In this document: piece by piece, positions 40,073 through 51,200 of the stretch
Numbering within the stretch: the stretch's first letter is position 1
Layout: each line of letters begins with the position of its first letter
Assembly (NCBI GenBank): GCA_965219085.1
Contig: OZ244720.1
Coordinates: forward strand, 2,688,001 to 2,752,000
Reading direction: 5' to 3'
Source of the DNA: Dehalococcoidia bacterium
GTDB lineage: Bacteria; Chloroflexota; Dehalococcoidia; UBA2979
DNA length: 64,000 nucleotides
Notes under the pieces: generated by a model
Told to the model about the DNA's origin: nothing
What the model saw: only the letters and a program-made list of their open reading frames with translations
Databases searched by the model: none
Program-made: the position numbers and the translations under genes

Positions 40073-40507
40073 ATGCGGTCGGATGCGAGTGAGGGGCAAG
40101 AGCCCACTTCCGAGCTGATCACGGCAGGGATCCGGGAGCTGGGAGACTGGCGCGGCGACAAGCTCGCCCTCGTCCGAAGGCTCATTCACGAGGCCGACCC
40201 GGCCATCCTCGAGGAATGGAAATGGCGAGGAACGCCCGTCTGGTCGCACGACGGAATCGTTTGTACCGCTGAGGCCTACAAGCAGACCGTCAAGCTGACC
40301 TTCGCCAAGGGCGCCCTCCTCGCGGACCCCCACCATCTGTTCAACGCGGGGTTGACGGGAAACGTCCGTCGAGCGATCGACCTTCGGGTCGAGGATGAGG
40401 TCGACGGCCCCGCGCTCCGAGACCTGATCCGGGAGGCCGTCGCCTTCAACCAGGACCATCCTCCCAGGCAACGCCGGTCCGCAGGAAAGGGCTCGTCGGG
40501 TCGATGA
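40073..40507 (+). CDS. DUF1801 (YdhG-like) protein
   Basis: LGDWRG, EEWKWRGTPVWSHDG, VKLTFAKGA, RRAID. Confidence 0.88.
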   Translation: MRSDASEGQEPTSELITAGIRELGDWRGDKLALVRRLIHEADPAILEEWKWRGTPVWSHDGIVCTAEAYKQTVKLTFAKGALLADPHHLFNAGLTGNVRRAIDLRVEDEVDGPALRDLIREAVAFNQDHPPRQRRSAGKGSSGR

Positions 40508-40676
40508 GCGCTCCCGTGCGCGGCCCGGCTGACGCCATGCCCCGCGCCATCCCAACAGCGGACCTCGGACTGGGACCGGCACCCGACACCGGTCGGCCTC
40601 ACGCCACGCGTAGCCCTGCGACGCCGCTGTCACGAGCATGCTTGTTACACGCGGCTCCTGCGCGAACACTCCTGCC

Positions 40677-41417
40677 ATGCCCGCGATCCAGGTAGTGCCG
40701 TCTCTGACCCCGTCGCATCGTCCACCGGTGGTGCTGGTGCACGGCGCCGCGAACTCCTCGGCGGTGTGGCGGTTCTGGCAGGAGGCGCTCGCCGAGCGAG
40801 GGTGGAGCAGCCATGCCGTCGACCTGCGAGGCCATGGCGAGAGTGAGGGCTCGGTCGATGGGGCGACGATGTCGGACTACGCCGACGACGTGACGGCCGT
40901 GGTCGACGGGCTACCCGAGACGCCGATCGTGGTGGGGTGGAGCATGGGCGGCCTCGTGGCCATCATGGTCGCCGCCCGTGGCCGGGCGAGGGCGTGCGTA
41001 GGCCTGGCGCCGAGTACGCCGGCGGCGCGGCGCGACGAGGGCGTCGAGGTGCGCCCCGGCGTGTTCGGCCCCGAGGAGTACGGGATCACGAGCGAGGATC
41101 CTGCCGAGCAGCCCACCATGCCCGACCTCGACATCGAGGAGCGGGTGGTCGCCATCGAGTCGCTGTCACCGGAGTCGAGGACGGCGCGCGACGATCGCAA
41201 GGCCGGGATCGTGATTGATGCGTTGCCGTGTCCGCTCCTCGTGGTCACGGGCAGCGCGGACCGGGACTGGCCGCGGTCGGCCTACGACGGTATGCACCTC
41301 CCGGCCGAGTACCTCGAGGCACGCGGCGCGTCGCACTGGGGGCTCATGCTGAACCGCCGCGTGCTGCCGGGCCTGTCGAAGCAGGTGACCGATTGGCTCG
41401 ATGCGAACGTGACGTAA
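40677..41417 (+). CDS. alpha/beta hydrolase
   Basis: VLVHGA, DLRGHGES, GWSMGG, ASHW. Confidence 0.88.
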   Translation: MPAIQVVPSLTPSHRPPVVLVHGAANSSAVWRFWQEALAERGWSSHAVDLRGHGESEGSVDGATMSDYADDVTAVVDGLPETPIVVGWSMGGLVAIMVAARGRARACVGLAPSTPAARRDEGVEVRPGVFGPEEYGITSEDPAEQPTMPDLDIEERVVAIESLSPESRTARDDRKAGIVIDALPCPLLVVTGSADRDWPRSAYDGMHLPAEYLEARGASHWGLMLNRRVLPGLSKQVTDWLDANVT

Positions 41418-41452
41418 CGCGGCGCTGTCGGCTCATCGCAGTGGACGCCAAA

Positions 41453-41485
41453 CGGCCGCGCTCGGAAGAGCGCGGCCGCTTGTTT
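41453..41485. terminator. intrinsic terminator between convergent genes
   Basis: CGGCCGCGCTC-GGAA-GAGCGCGGCCG flanked by AAA and TTGTTT. Confidence 0.8.
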
Positions 41486-41504
41486 AGTCGCCGTGCGGAA
41501 GTGG

Positions 41505-42719
41505 CTAGCCGCGAGGCAGGCCGAGGCCGCGGGTGGCGATGATGTTGCGCTGGATCTCCGAGCTGCCGCCGGCGATCGTCGCGGGAATCGTCGTCACGTA
41601 GCGGTGCGTGAACTGCGCGCGAGCCGGGGCCCGCGGGTCGTTCTCGTCCCAGAGGTTCGCGTACAGCCCGAACAGGCGCGTGCCCGCGCGCTGCGTCCGC
41701 TGGTTCACCTCGGAGATGAACATCTTCGCCGTCGAGGCCTCGTAGTTCGGCAGCACCCCCGCGGCCTGCATCGAGATGATGCGGAACGAGAAGTTGAAGC
41801 CAACCTCGCACTCGATGTAGCAGTCGGTGATGAAGTTGCGGACCGCCGTCGTGACCCGAGCCGACTCCTGGTCGGAGTTCGCCGCGTCGATCAGCCGCCG
41901 GATGTCGCGCTGGAGCGCGACGGCGCCGCTGATGTTCGAGCGCTCGTAGTCGAGCAGCGTCATGCCGACGTACCAGCCGCGGTCGACCTCGCCGAGCACG
42001 TTCTGGGCAGGCACGCGCACGTCCTCGAAGAACGTCTCGTTGAAGCCGTGCTTCCAGGCCGCGTTGATGAGCGGGCGGATGTTCAGGCCCGGCGTGTGGA
42101 TGTCGTCGATCAGCATGAACGAGATGCCGCGGTGCTTCGGGGCATCCGGGTTCGTGCGCACGAGCGCGAAGAGCGAGTCGGCGTGGTGCGCGCCGGACGT
42201 CCAGATCTTCTGCCCGTTGATGACGTACTCGTCACCGTCGAGCGTGGCGCGCGTCTGCAGCGAGCCGAGGTCGGAGCCCGCGCCGGGCTCGGAGTAGCCC
42301 TGCGCCCAGACGACCTCGCCGGAGAGGATGCCGGAGAGGTGCTTGGCCTTCTGCTCGTCGGTGCCGTGCACGATGATCGTCGGCCCGAGCAGCGAGACGC
42401 CGCCGCCGCCCACGCTCGGCGCGCCGGCTTCGGCCATCTCCATGTTGTAGATGAACTGCTCCATCGGCGAGAGTCCGGCGCCGCCGTACTCCTGAGGCCA
42501 ATGCGGTGCGAACCAGCCCTCGGCGGAGATAGCGTCGCCCCACTCGACGGCGGCGTCGCGTAGCGCCTCGTTGTCCGAGTTGCGGTCGCCGATCCAGCCC
42601 TGGGGGTCCTCGAGGCCCTGCGCGAGCAGGTCCTTGTAGTGGCCGGGCAGCTTCGCCTCGATGACGTCCTTGACGCGCTGGCGGAATGTCGCCTGTTCTG
42701 GAGTGTCTGCCCAGTCCAT
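41505..42719 (-). CDS. acyl-CoA dehydrogenase family protein
   Basis: WAQGYSEPGAGSDL, INGQKIWTS, FNETFF, TIAGGSSEIQRNII. Confidence 0.92.
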   Translation of the reverse strand: MDWADTPEQATFRQRVKDVIEAKLPGHYKDLLAQGLEDPQGWIGDRNSDNEALRDAAVEWGDAISAEGWFAPHWPQEYGGAGLSPMEQFIYNMEMAEAGAPSVGGGGVSLLGPTIIVHGTDEQKAKHLSGILSGEVVWAQGYSEPGAGSDLGSLQTRATLDGDEYVINGQKIWTSGAHHADSLFALVRTNPDAPKHRGISFMLIDDIHTPGLNIRPLINAAWKHGFNETFFEDVRVPAQNVLGEVDRGWYVGMTLLDYERSNISGAVALQRDIRRLIDAANSDQESARVTTAVRNFITDCYIECEVGFNFSFRIISMQAAGVLPNYEASTAKMFISEVNQRTQRAGTRLFGLYANLWDENDPRAPARAQFTHRYVTTIPATIAGGSSEIQRNIIATRGLGLPRG

Positions 42720-42952
42720 ATAGATTCCCTTCGTTTCATGCCGGCGCGCCTCCACGCCGGCTGTGTGACGGCGCGTGCATCGGCGTTCGCATCATAGCGC
42801 GCCACGGCGGGTGGTGCCGACCCGGATCGCCGGCCGCGATGCCCGGCGGGCGAGTGAGCAACTCGCACCGCGGGGCCGCGAGCCTCCGCTTCACTACGTG
42901 ATGGTTGCCGTTTCATCACGCCCGGACGCACCGGCTGGGCTACACTCAATCC

Positions 42953-43147
42953 ATGGACCAACAGGCAGTCGACGCGTACCGCGAGGCGTACGAGGCGTGG
43001 CAGAAGCACCTGGAGCAGGTCCACGCTTTCATGCTCGACGGTGAGCCGCTCCACCCGACCAGGATCAAGGGCCTCCTCAACCGCGAGGCCACCGCCAAGG
43101 ATCGCTACGACGAGGCACGCCGAATGCTGCTCGGCATCGGCGACTGA
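42953..43147 (+). CDS. small hypothetical helical protein
   Basis: MDQQAVDAYREAYEAW...LLGIGD; TACACT 6 nt upstream. Confidence 0.7.
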   Translation: MDQQAVDAYREAYEAWQKHLEQVHAFMLDGEPLHPTRIKGLLNREATAKDRYDEARRMLLGIGD

Positions 43148-43162
43148 GCGAGGGGCGACGCG

Positions 43163-43957
43163 ATGACGGCATCCACCTCGAGCGCGGTAATGAGCCCCCC
43201 CTGGTACCGCAGCGGGTACCCGCGATCGCTCACCATTGGGGCGGCGTTCTCGGTGGCGTGGTCACCGTGCATCGGCCCGATCCTCGGCATCGTGCTGACG
43301 CTGGCGGCGACGTCCGGGACGGCGGCGCAGGGCGCGCTGCTGCTGATCTTCTACGCACTGGGGCTTGGGGTATGGTTCCTGGCGTTCGGCGCCGCGTTCG
43401 GCTGGCTGACGCCGCAGTTGCGCAAGATCCAGCCGTACATGCCCGCGCTGATGGTCGTGTCCGGCGCGCTCTTCATCGTCGTCGGCGGGTTGATGTTCCT
43501 CGGTGAGTTCTCACAGCTCAACGCGCGGTTCCAGAGCTTCGGCTTCCTGTTCCAGCAGACCGCTTCCGCCGAGGAGACCCTGTCCGGGAGCACCGACGGG
43601 TTCCTCGGGCCCGGCATCGCCTTCTTCGGCGGGATCGTCTCGTTCCTCTCGCCGTGCGTGCTGCCGCTCGTCCCCGTCTACCTCGCGAACCTCGCCGGCG
43701 AGGCGATGCGAGGCACGGGCGACGCCAGGGCCGACCGGCGTCGCGTGTTCCTCCACTCGGTGGTGTTCGTGATCGGCTTCACGCTGGTGTTCGCCTTCGT
43801 CGGCGCGTCGGCGGGATTCCTCGGGACGCTGGTGCAGGAGCAACTCGACACGGTCACGCGCGTCGGCGGAGTGCTGCTCGTCGTCTTCGGGATGCAGATG
43901 AGCGGGCTCATCCACATCCCGTACCTGGAGCGCACCTACCAGCTTCCGGCCGGGTAG
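43163..43957 (+). CDS. ccdA: CcdA-type thiol:disulfide transmembrane electron transporter, circularly permuted
   Basis: Both PC motifs present, but WSPCIGPIL precedes SFLSPCVLPL. Confidence 0.85.
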   Translation: MTASTSSAVMSPPWYRSGYPRSLTIGAAFSVAWSPCIGPILGIVLTLAATSGTAAQGALLLIFYALGLGVWFLAFGAAFGWLTPQLRKIQPYMPALMVVSGALFIVVGGLMFLGEFSQLNARFQSFGFLFQQTASAEETLSGSTDGFLGPGIAFFGGIVSFLSPCVLPLVPVYLANLAGEAMRGTGDARADRRRVFLHSVVFVIGFTLVFAFVGASAGFLGTLVQEQLDTVTRVGGVLLVVFGMQMSGLIHIPYLERTYQLPAG

Positions 43958-44042
43958 CGGCGGGCCCGGGGCTCCGGGCTCACCGAGACAACGAGGCCGT
44001 CCGGTGTCGCGTGCGTCGGACGTGCCTGCTAGGATCGGCGCA

Positions 44043-44492
44043 ATGGCCACGGAGTACGGCGGACTCGACATCGACGAGATGGGCCGCGTCATCGACGAGG
44101 CCGGGGTGCTCGTCATCCGCTTCCACGTGATCTCCCAGCGCCTGCTGGTGGATGCGCGGATCACGGACGACGAACCCCCGCTCATCCAGCTCGTCCCTCC
44201 CGTCTCCTCGGCCGAGGAGCGCTACCGCCACCTCAAGCAGCTCCGCCCCTCGATGCCGCTGCCCGAGCAGATCACCGTTCTCAGCTGGCCTCGCTACGTC
44301 GAGGTCATGCGTGACGCCGGGCTGTGGCGGCGAATCGAAGAGCGTCTCATCAGCCTCGGCGGCGAGCCGCTCGCCGGCCGCTGCCGCGAGGTGTTCGAGG
44401 AAGTCCGCTCGGCCGAGCGCGCCGAGGTTGTCGCAGCCATCCTCGGCGGCGAGGGTTACGAGTCGCTCTGGGAGCGCTCGGCCACCCGCTAA
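44043..44492 (+). CDS. hypothetical protein
   Basis: MATEYGGLDID...GYESLWER; TAGGAT 7 nt upstream; host-like codons. Confidence 0.75.
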   Translation: MATEYGGLDIDEMGRVIDEAGVLVIRFHVISQRLLVDARITDDEPPLIQLVPPVSSAEERYRHLKQLRPSMPLPEQITVLSWPRYVEVMRDAGLWRRIEERLISLGGEPLAGRCREVFEEVRSAERAEVVAAILGGEGYESLWERSATR

Positions 44493-44548
44493 TCGTCCTG
44501 CCACCGGCCGCGCGCGATCACAACCCCGGGCTTTGCTAGCCTCGACCC

Positions 44549-45355
44549 GTGCTCAGCATCGCCGGTTCCAGACGACCGAGGCCCCGCCTGACGTCCTCGC
44601 GGTTGCGTGGATGCCTCGCCGTGATCGCCGTCGTGCTGCTCGGCACGCTCCTCGCGGCGTGCTCCAGCAGCGCGCGCGTCGCCGAGACGGACAGCGTCGT
44701 CAGCCGGGTCGCGTTCATGGATGGCGAGGTCTACGAGTACCGGCTGGTCGACCGAAACGGCGAGGTCGCCGGCGCCGGTACGTTCACGACGGACCGCGAC
44801 GACGGGGCGTGGCTGCTGACGCAGACGTACGAGAACACCGACGGCGTCGTGGTCGACGAGTCGCGCGTCGTCGTGGATGCGCTGACGCTGCAACCCCGCT
44901 CGACCGAACGCGTCATCGTCCGCAACGGTGAGACCGAGGTACTCACGGCGGCCTACGGCACGGACGCCGAGGGCAGCCGTACCGTGCGAACCACGCACGT
45001 CACACACGTCCAGGGCGGCGACGAGCGCGAACGCACCATCGACATCAACGAGCACGACTACGAGGACCAGTCCTCGCTGTGGCTGTGGCGCACGCTGGCC
45101 CTGGGCGAAGGCCTCGACGTGCGCTACACCGCAGTCGACCCGCGCGAGGGCGGGCGGGTGACGGCGAACGTGATGCAGGTCGACCGCCAGACGCTGGAGA
45201 CGCCGTTCGGCCTCACGTACGATACGTGGGTGCTCCAGATCCGCACGGGGCGCGAGACGGTGAACGTGTGGATCCACGTCAATCCGCCACACGAGGTCGT
45301 GCGCTTCGACAACGGCCGGCTGTTCTTCCAGCTGGAGTGGGCCGGCATCCGCTAG
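44549..45355 (+). CDS. lipoprotein, DUF3108-like beta-rich
   Basis: LLAAC lipobox after a hydrophobic stretch; start codon uncertain. Confidence 0.7.
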   Translation: MLSIAGSRRPRPRLTSSRLRGCLAVIAVVLLGTLLAACSSSARVAETDSVVSRVAFMDGEVYEYRLVDRNGEVAGAGTFTTDRDDGAWLLTQTYENTDGVVVDESRVVVDALTLQPRSTERVIVRNGETEVLTAAYGTDAEGSRTVRTTHVTHVQGGDERERTIDINEHDYEDQSSLWLWRTLALGEGLDVRYTAVDPREGGRVTANVMQVDRQTLETPFGLTYDTWVLQIRTGRETVNVWIHVNPPHEVVRFDNGRLFFQLEWAGIR

Positions 45356-45381
45356 CCCCTGCTTGCTCGCCGGTAAGGCGC

Positions 45382-46041
45382 CTACCAGAGGGCCTCGATC
45401 TCACCCCAGTCGAGGACGTTCTCCCGTCGCATCCATTGCTGATCGAGCATGAACCGGACCTGCTTCTTCTTGTGTATCTCCTCGATGTCGTCAGCCACGA
45501 CGAACGGGACAACCTCTTTATGGAGGCCCAGCAGGTCCAGGAGGACGTGTGCGGTCACGTATTGTCGGATGAGTTGATGCGTGAGGACGTCGCTACTGCT
45601 CGTGCCGAAGGACATCTCGTGCTTCGCCTCACCAATGAACAGGTGGGTCGGTGACTCAAGCACAATGTCGAACTCAGTATTCCGGAGGTTGCTCTCGAGC
45701 CGGGACCGCTTCTCCGCGGTGTCGGCCCTGTAGTTCCAGGCCTTCAGGCGACGGAACTCGTTGAAGTCGGTGACCTCTCGACGCAGGGCCGGGAACAGGC
45801 GCTCGTAGCGCTCGGCAAAATCTGCGGCATCCGGGCTGCTCCCGCCACGTTGCGAAATGTAGTCGCGGATACCGCGCCAGAATAGTTCGAGGCGGACATC
45901 GCTCGGCTGAAGCGCGGCCTGCTCCTGAGCGTGAGCGAGCAACCGTCTCGCGACCCGCGCACTGGCCTGTCCGAACAGCGGTGCGAAGTAGGTTGCGGTC
46001 TTCCAGTTCTCGGTCCTGTTCGTGATCCCCAGAATCGCCAT
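45382..46041 (-). CDS. putative PD-(D/E)xK nuclease
   Basis: TEFDIVL...IGEAK...HQLIRQY; GAGG RBS; atypical codon use. Confidence 0.6.
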   Translation of the reverse strand: MAILGITNRTENWKTATYFAPLFGQASARVARRLLAHAQEQAALQPSDVRLELFWRGIRDYISQRGGSSPDAADFAERYERLFPALRREVTDFNEFRRLKAWNYRADTAEKRSRLESNLRNTEFDIVLESPTHLFIGEAKHEMSFGTSSSDVLTHQLIRQYVTAHVLLDLLGLHKEVVPFVVADDIEEIHKKKQVRFMLDQQWMRRENVLDWGEIEALW

Positions 46042-46075
46042 GACGACCTCTCACCCGACTGCGCACGTGGGCAGG

Positions 46076-46669
46076 CTACGGCATCACCGGCGTGATCGCC
46101 GACTGGAGCCGCTCGGCGAGGGGGCCCCACCCCGCACGTGCCGCCTCGATGCGCTGAGAGAGAGCCTCCGCGTCACCGTCGGAGGCGAGGACCACGCCCC
46201 CGGCGCGGAACTGCTCACGCTCCTCGACCGTCGGGCCGGCGAAGACGGCGAGCATGTCCGTGCCGTCCGCCAGCGCCGCGATCGCCGACAGTAGTTCCTG
46301 CGCCTGCCACTCGAACGCGGGCGGCTCGGCGGGCAGCGCAAACGCCCACAGCGCCCGCACCCCACCGGCAGGCGGCATCGAGTTGGCGCCGAGGGCGATC
46401 GAGGCGCTCCACATCCCGCTCGTGGCGTTGGCGACGCCCTCGATCACGAAGCGCATGTGCTCCGGCGCAGCCGCGAACCCCTCGATGCGGTCGCGGCGGT
46501 CGATCCACACCGCCGCCGTCAGCGCCGTCTCGTTACGTCCAACGACGCACGTCTGCACGCCCTCGATCCCCGCGAGGTCGCCCGCGAGGCTCGCCGCGTG
46601 GTCGCGGTCGGCGTCGGGAGCGTCGGGGCGCAGCGCGGCGACGACGAGGTGCAGCAGCTCGGCGCTCAC
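46076..46669 (-). CDS. Dabb/stress-responsive alpha-beta barrel-like protein
   Basis: HLVVAALR...LAGIEGV...FAAAPEH. Confidence 0.5.
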   Translation of the reverse strand: MSAELLHLVVAALRPDAPDADRDHAASLAGDLAGIEGVQTCVVGRNETALTAAVWIDRRDRIEGFAAAPEHMRFVIEGVANATSGMWSASIALGANSMPPAGGVRALWAFALPAEPPAFEWQAQELLSAIAALADGTDMLAVFAGPTVEEREQFRAGGVVLASDGDAEALSQRIEAARAGWGPLAERLQSAITPVMP

Positions 46670-47378
46670 GGCGGGTCGCCGCCCGCACGCGCCTGCGGCG
46701 GCTCGACGAGGCGCACGCGCGCCTCAGCGCTCGGGGCACGCACCTCGCCATCGATGAGTTCGAGGGCGCGGCCGGCGAGCGCGACAACCGACGCGTCGTC
46801 GGTGGCCACCACCACGGCGCCCTGGCGTGCGGTCACGGGCGCGAGCAGGCGCAGCACGTCCTCGGCGACATCGGCGGGCGGCTCGTCGACCAGCACGATC
46901 CGCGGACGCAGGGCGAGGGCGCGCGCCACGGCGGCGCGCCAGCGCGCCCCCGTGTCCACCTCGTGCGGGGAGCGTCGCGCGTCCGCGCCCAGCCCGGCCA
47001 GGTCGACCAACTCGTCGCGGCGTGCGCCGCGGTCGCGGCGTCCGAGTCTTGCCCAGCGCAGCGGCTGCTCGATCTGTTCGGAGAGCGAGCGGTCGGGCAC
47101 GAGTCCGCCGCCCGCGGGGACGATGGCGAGCAAGCCGCGGCGCAGCTCGCGCCGCCTCGACACGCTCGCCCGCCACACGTCCTCGTCGTCGAGGCGCACC
47201 GACCCGGCGTCGGGTCGCAGCAGCCCCGCGACGACGTGCAGCAGGGTGGTCTTGCCCGCACCGGGCAGCCCCGTGAGGGCGACGAGCTCGCCGGGGGCGA
47301 CCTCGAACGTGGCGTCGCGCAGCACCGGGCGCGCAAGGTCGCCCGTGTGCGCGGCGTACCCGACGGCCTCGACGGCGA

Positions 47379-47394
<16 letters not shown>
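46666..47394 (-). CDS. ABC ATP-binding protein, degenerate motifs
   Basis: GLPGAGKT and VLVDEP present; signature and H-loop altered. Confidence 0.8.
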
Positions 47395-48290
<896 letters not shown>

Positions 48291-48291
48291 G

Positions 48292-51200
48292 TCACGCCTC
48301 CCGCAACTGCAGCGCGCGGCCCCACGACCATCCTCGGTAGCGTAGTGCCGCTGCCGCAACCACGAGCGCGAACGAAACGGCCAGCGCCACGCCCGCGACG
48401 AGTAGCGGCTCCGCGGTAACCTCGATGCGCGGCGGTGGGACGATCACCGTCCCGGCGGGGTCCGCGCCGAGGATGTCGAGCAGCCACCGGCCGAGCACGA
48501 TCCCCAGACCGACGCCGAGCGCGGCCGCGGCGACGAGCCGCGCGAGCACGGCGAGCACGACGGTCGCGAGCTGCTCTCCTCCGCTGCCGCCGATCGCCTC
48601 CGCCACGGCCGCCGCACGCTCCGCCGCTCGCAGGGCCGCGACGCCCTCGACGGCGACGGCGACGAGCGCCAGTACGAGGAGCGCGCCGAAGCCCAGCGTG
48701 AGCACGCCGCGCCATCCGCGGGCCAGCGTGCGCGCGCCGGCGAGCGCGGCAAGCTCCGTCTCGCGGTCGACGAGGGTTGCGGCGTCGAAGCCGCCACCGG
48801 TGAGCGCCGACGCGGTAGCCGCCGGCGTCGAGGTGGCGAACCACGCTTCGCCGGAGCGCAGTGCCGCGCCGGGCGAGGCGTTCACGGCGGCCAGCAGGCG
48901 CTCGAGGTTCGCCACGGCGAACGCCCCACCATCGAGCCCGAGGGTGGGGAAGTGGTCCACCACCCCGGCCGCCTGCGCGTTGAGGAGGCGGCCGGCGACC
49001 TCGAGCCGGAGCTCGTCCCCGACGGCCGCGCCGAGGTCGTCGAGTGTGCGGCGGGACGCGTAGAGCAACACCGGCGCGCCGTCGGTCTCCTGTCGCAGCC
49101 CGCGAACGCGCACGGCCGGCACGCCCGGCGGCGTCGGCGGCCAGTCGAGGCGCGTCGAGCCGGTGGCGCCCGGCGCGGTCGGCGGCTCTGCACGCACCGA
49201 CTGCGACGTGCCGCCCGCTGCCAGGTCCGCGATCGGCTCGAGGCCGGCCGTAGTCGAGAGGTCGTGGAGGATCGCGCGTCGCGCGAACTCCGACGATCGG
49301 GGCACGAGCAGCTCGATGGCGTCGAGCGGCGCCTCGGGAGCGTCGAGGCTCGACATGAGCGGCCCGAAGCTGATGCCGCCGTCGTTCGCGGCGACCTCCG
49401 GGCTGAGGTGGGCGTAGTACGCGTGGATGGTGAGCGGCGTCTCGATCGGAGGGCCGCCGATCGGTGTGCCGTCGAGGCCGATCGGCGTCGCGAGGTCGGC
49501 GGCGAGGAAGCCCCAGTGCACGAGCGCGCCGGGGCGCAGGCGACCGATCAGCAGCTCGTACGAACGGCCCGTCGCGTCGGTGAGCGACAGCGCGACGCGC
49601 AGCTCGCCCGCGATCCCGTGCAGTCGCACCCACGCGCCGAGCTGGCGCGTGCCCGGCGGCGCGGTGATGCCGCCGAGGGCCGTCGAGTTGGTTGCGAGCG
49701 CGCCGAGCATGGCGTCGACGGGTTGCGTCGCGAAGTCGTCCCGGACCGCGGCGACGTTGCCGAAGGTTTCAGGCTCCACGCCGAGCAGTTCGATGGTGAC
49801 GGGCTGCCCCGAGCCGTCCTCGGACGTCAGCGTGGCGGCGACGCGCGCGGCCGGTGAGGCGGGATCGGCGGGGACGGTGGCGATGGCCGCGCGGAACGCG
49901 GACTCGCCCGCGCCCTCGAGCCCCCGCAGGCCCGACGCGCGAACGTCGGCGCCCGCGGCGTGGGCCGCGCGCTCGCCCGGCGACCGGTCGAGGCCGTCCG
50001 GCAGCGTCGCGAGCAGCACGGCGGCGGCGGCCGCGACGACGACGAGGGCGAACGCCGCCCCCGCCGGCCGGCGCGCCACGGTGCGTAGCGCCTCGAGCCA
50101 CACGATGCTCGGACTCAGCGCCACGGCGCGGGCGAGCGGCCGCGCGAGGTGCGGCAGCAGCCACCACGCGCCGGCGGCGGCCGGCAGCAACAGCGCGGCG
50201 GGCGCGAGCAGCAGCGCATGGTCGGGCGCCACGGGGCCCTCGAGGGTGAACAGGTGGTCACCGCGCGTCAGCGCCCAGAAGCCGCCACCCGCCGCGGCGA
50301 GCAGCAGCGTGACGGCGGCCGCCACGAGGCCGGGACGCCCGGCCCGATCGGGCATCGGCGCCTCCGCGCCACGCCGCGCGACCAGCGCTGCGGGGATGAG
50401 CGCGAGCGCGAACGCAGCAGCGGCTCCGCCCGCCCCGTACAGCACCACCTCGGGCGTCAGATCGAAGCGGAGCCAGGTGCTGCCCGCGAACCCGCCGATG
50501 GCGTCGAGCCGGCCGAGCGCGGCGACGCTCGCGGCAGCGAGCAGTGGCCCGAGCACCAGCGCGGCGAGGGCGGCCGGGAGCACCGTGAACGCCTCGATGG
50601 TTGTGCGCTGCGCCGGGCTCGCGCCGCGCAGCGCGAGCGCCTCGTGGCGGTCTCGGCGCCCCCGCGCGAGCTGCGTCGAGACGGCGGCGACGAACACGCC
50701 CGCGGCGGCGGCGACCTGGCCCAGCAGCAGGGTGAGCGCCGTGCGGCCGAGGCCGGTGACCTCGCCCGCCTGCGCGAGCGCGCGCGGGAGGTCGCTCTCG
50801 ACATGGGCGCTCGGCAGCGCGTCGGGGTCTTCGGCGAGCGTGCGCACGCGCTCGATGAGCGGCGCGGCGTCGCTCGCCCGAACCTCCGAGGCGCGGATCG
50901 CGTAGCTCGCCTCGAACGACGCGTCGACGCTGCCGAACAGGTCGGCGGCAGCGCCGAAGAACGTCGCCTCCGGCGCCAGCAGCGCGAACGTCGCGCCATC
51001 GGTGCGTTCGAGGAGTTGGGGATTGCCGGACCAGTACGGGTCGCGCGCATCCAGCGGGCGGGCCACGCCGACCACCGCGACGACCGTCGGCAAATCACTG
51101 ATGGCGCCGATCGTGTGCAGGGCGAGCCTGGAGCCCGCGCTGACGCCCAGCGTCTCGGCCGTGCCCGCGCCGACCAGCACCGGGATGGGATCGTTGCCGC

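Noticed and set aside
37320-40640. attL/attR duplication of the tRNA-Val 3' end
   Set aside because: No second copy of the tRNA end and no integrase found by eye.
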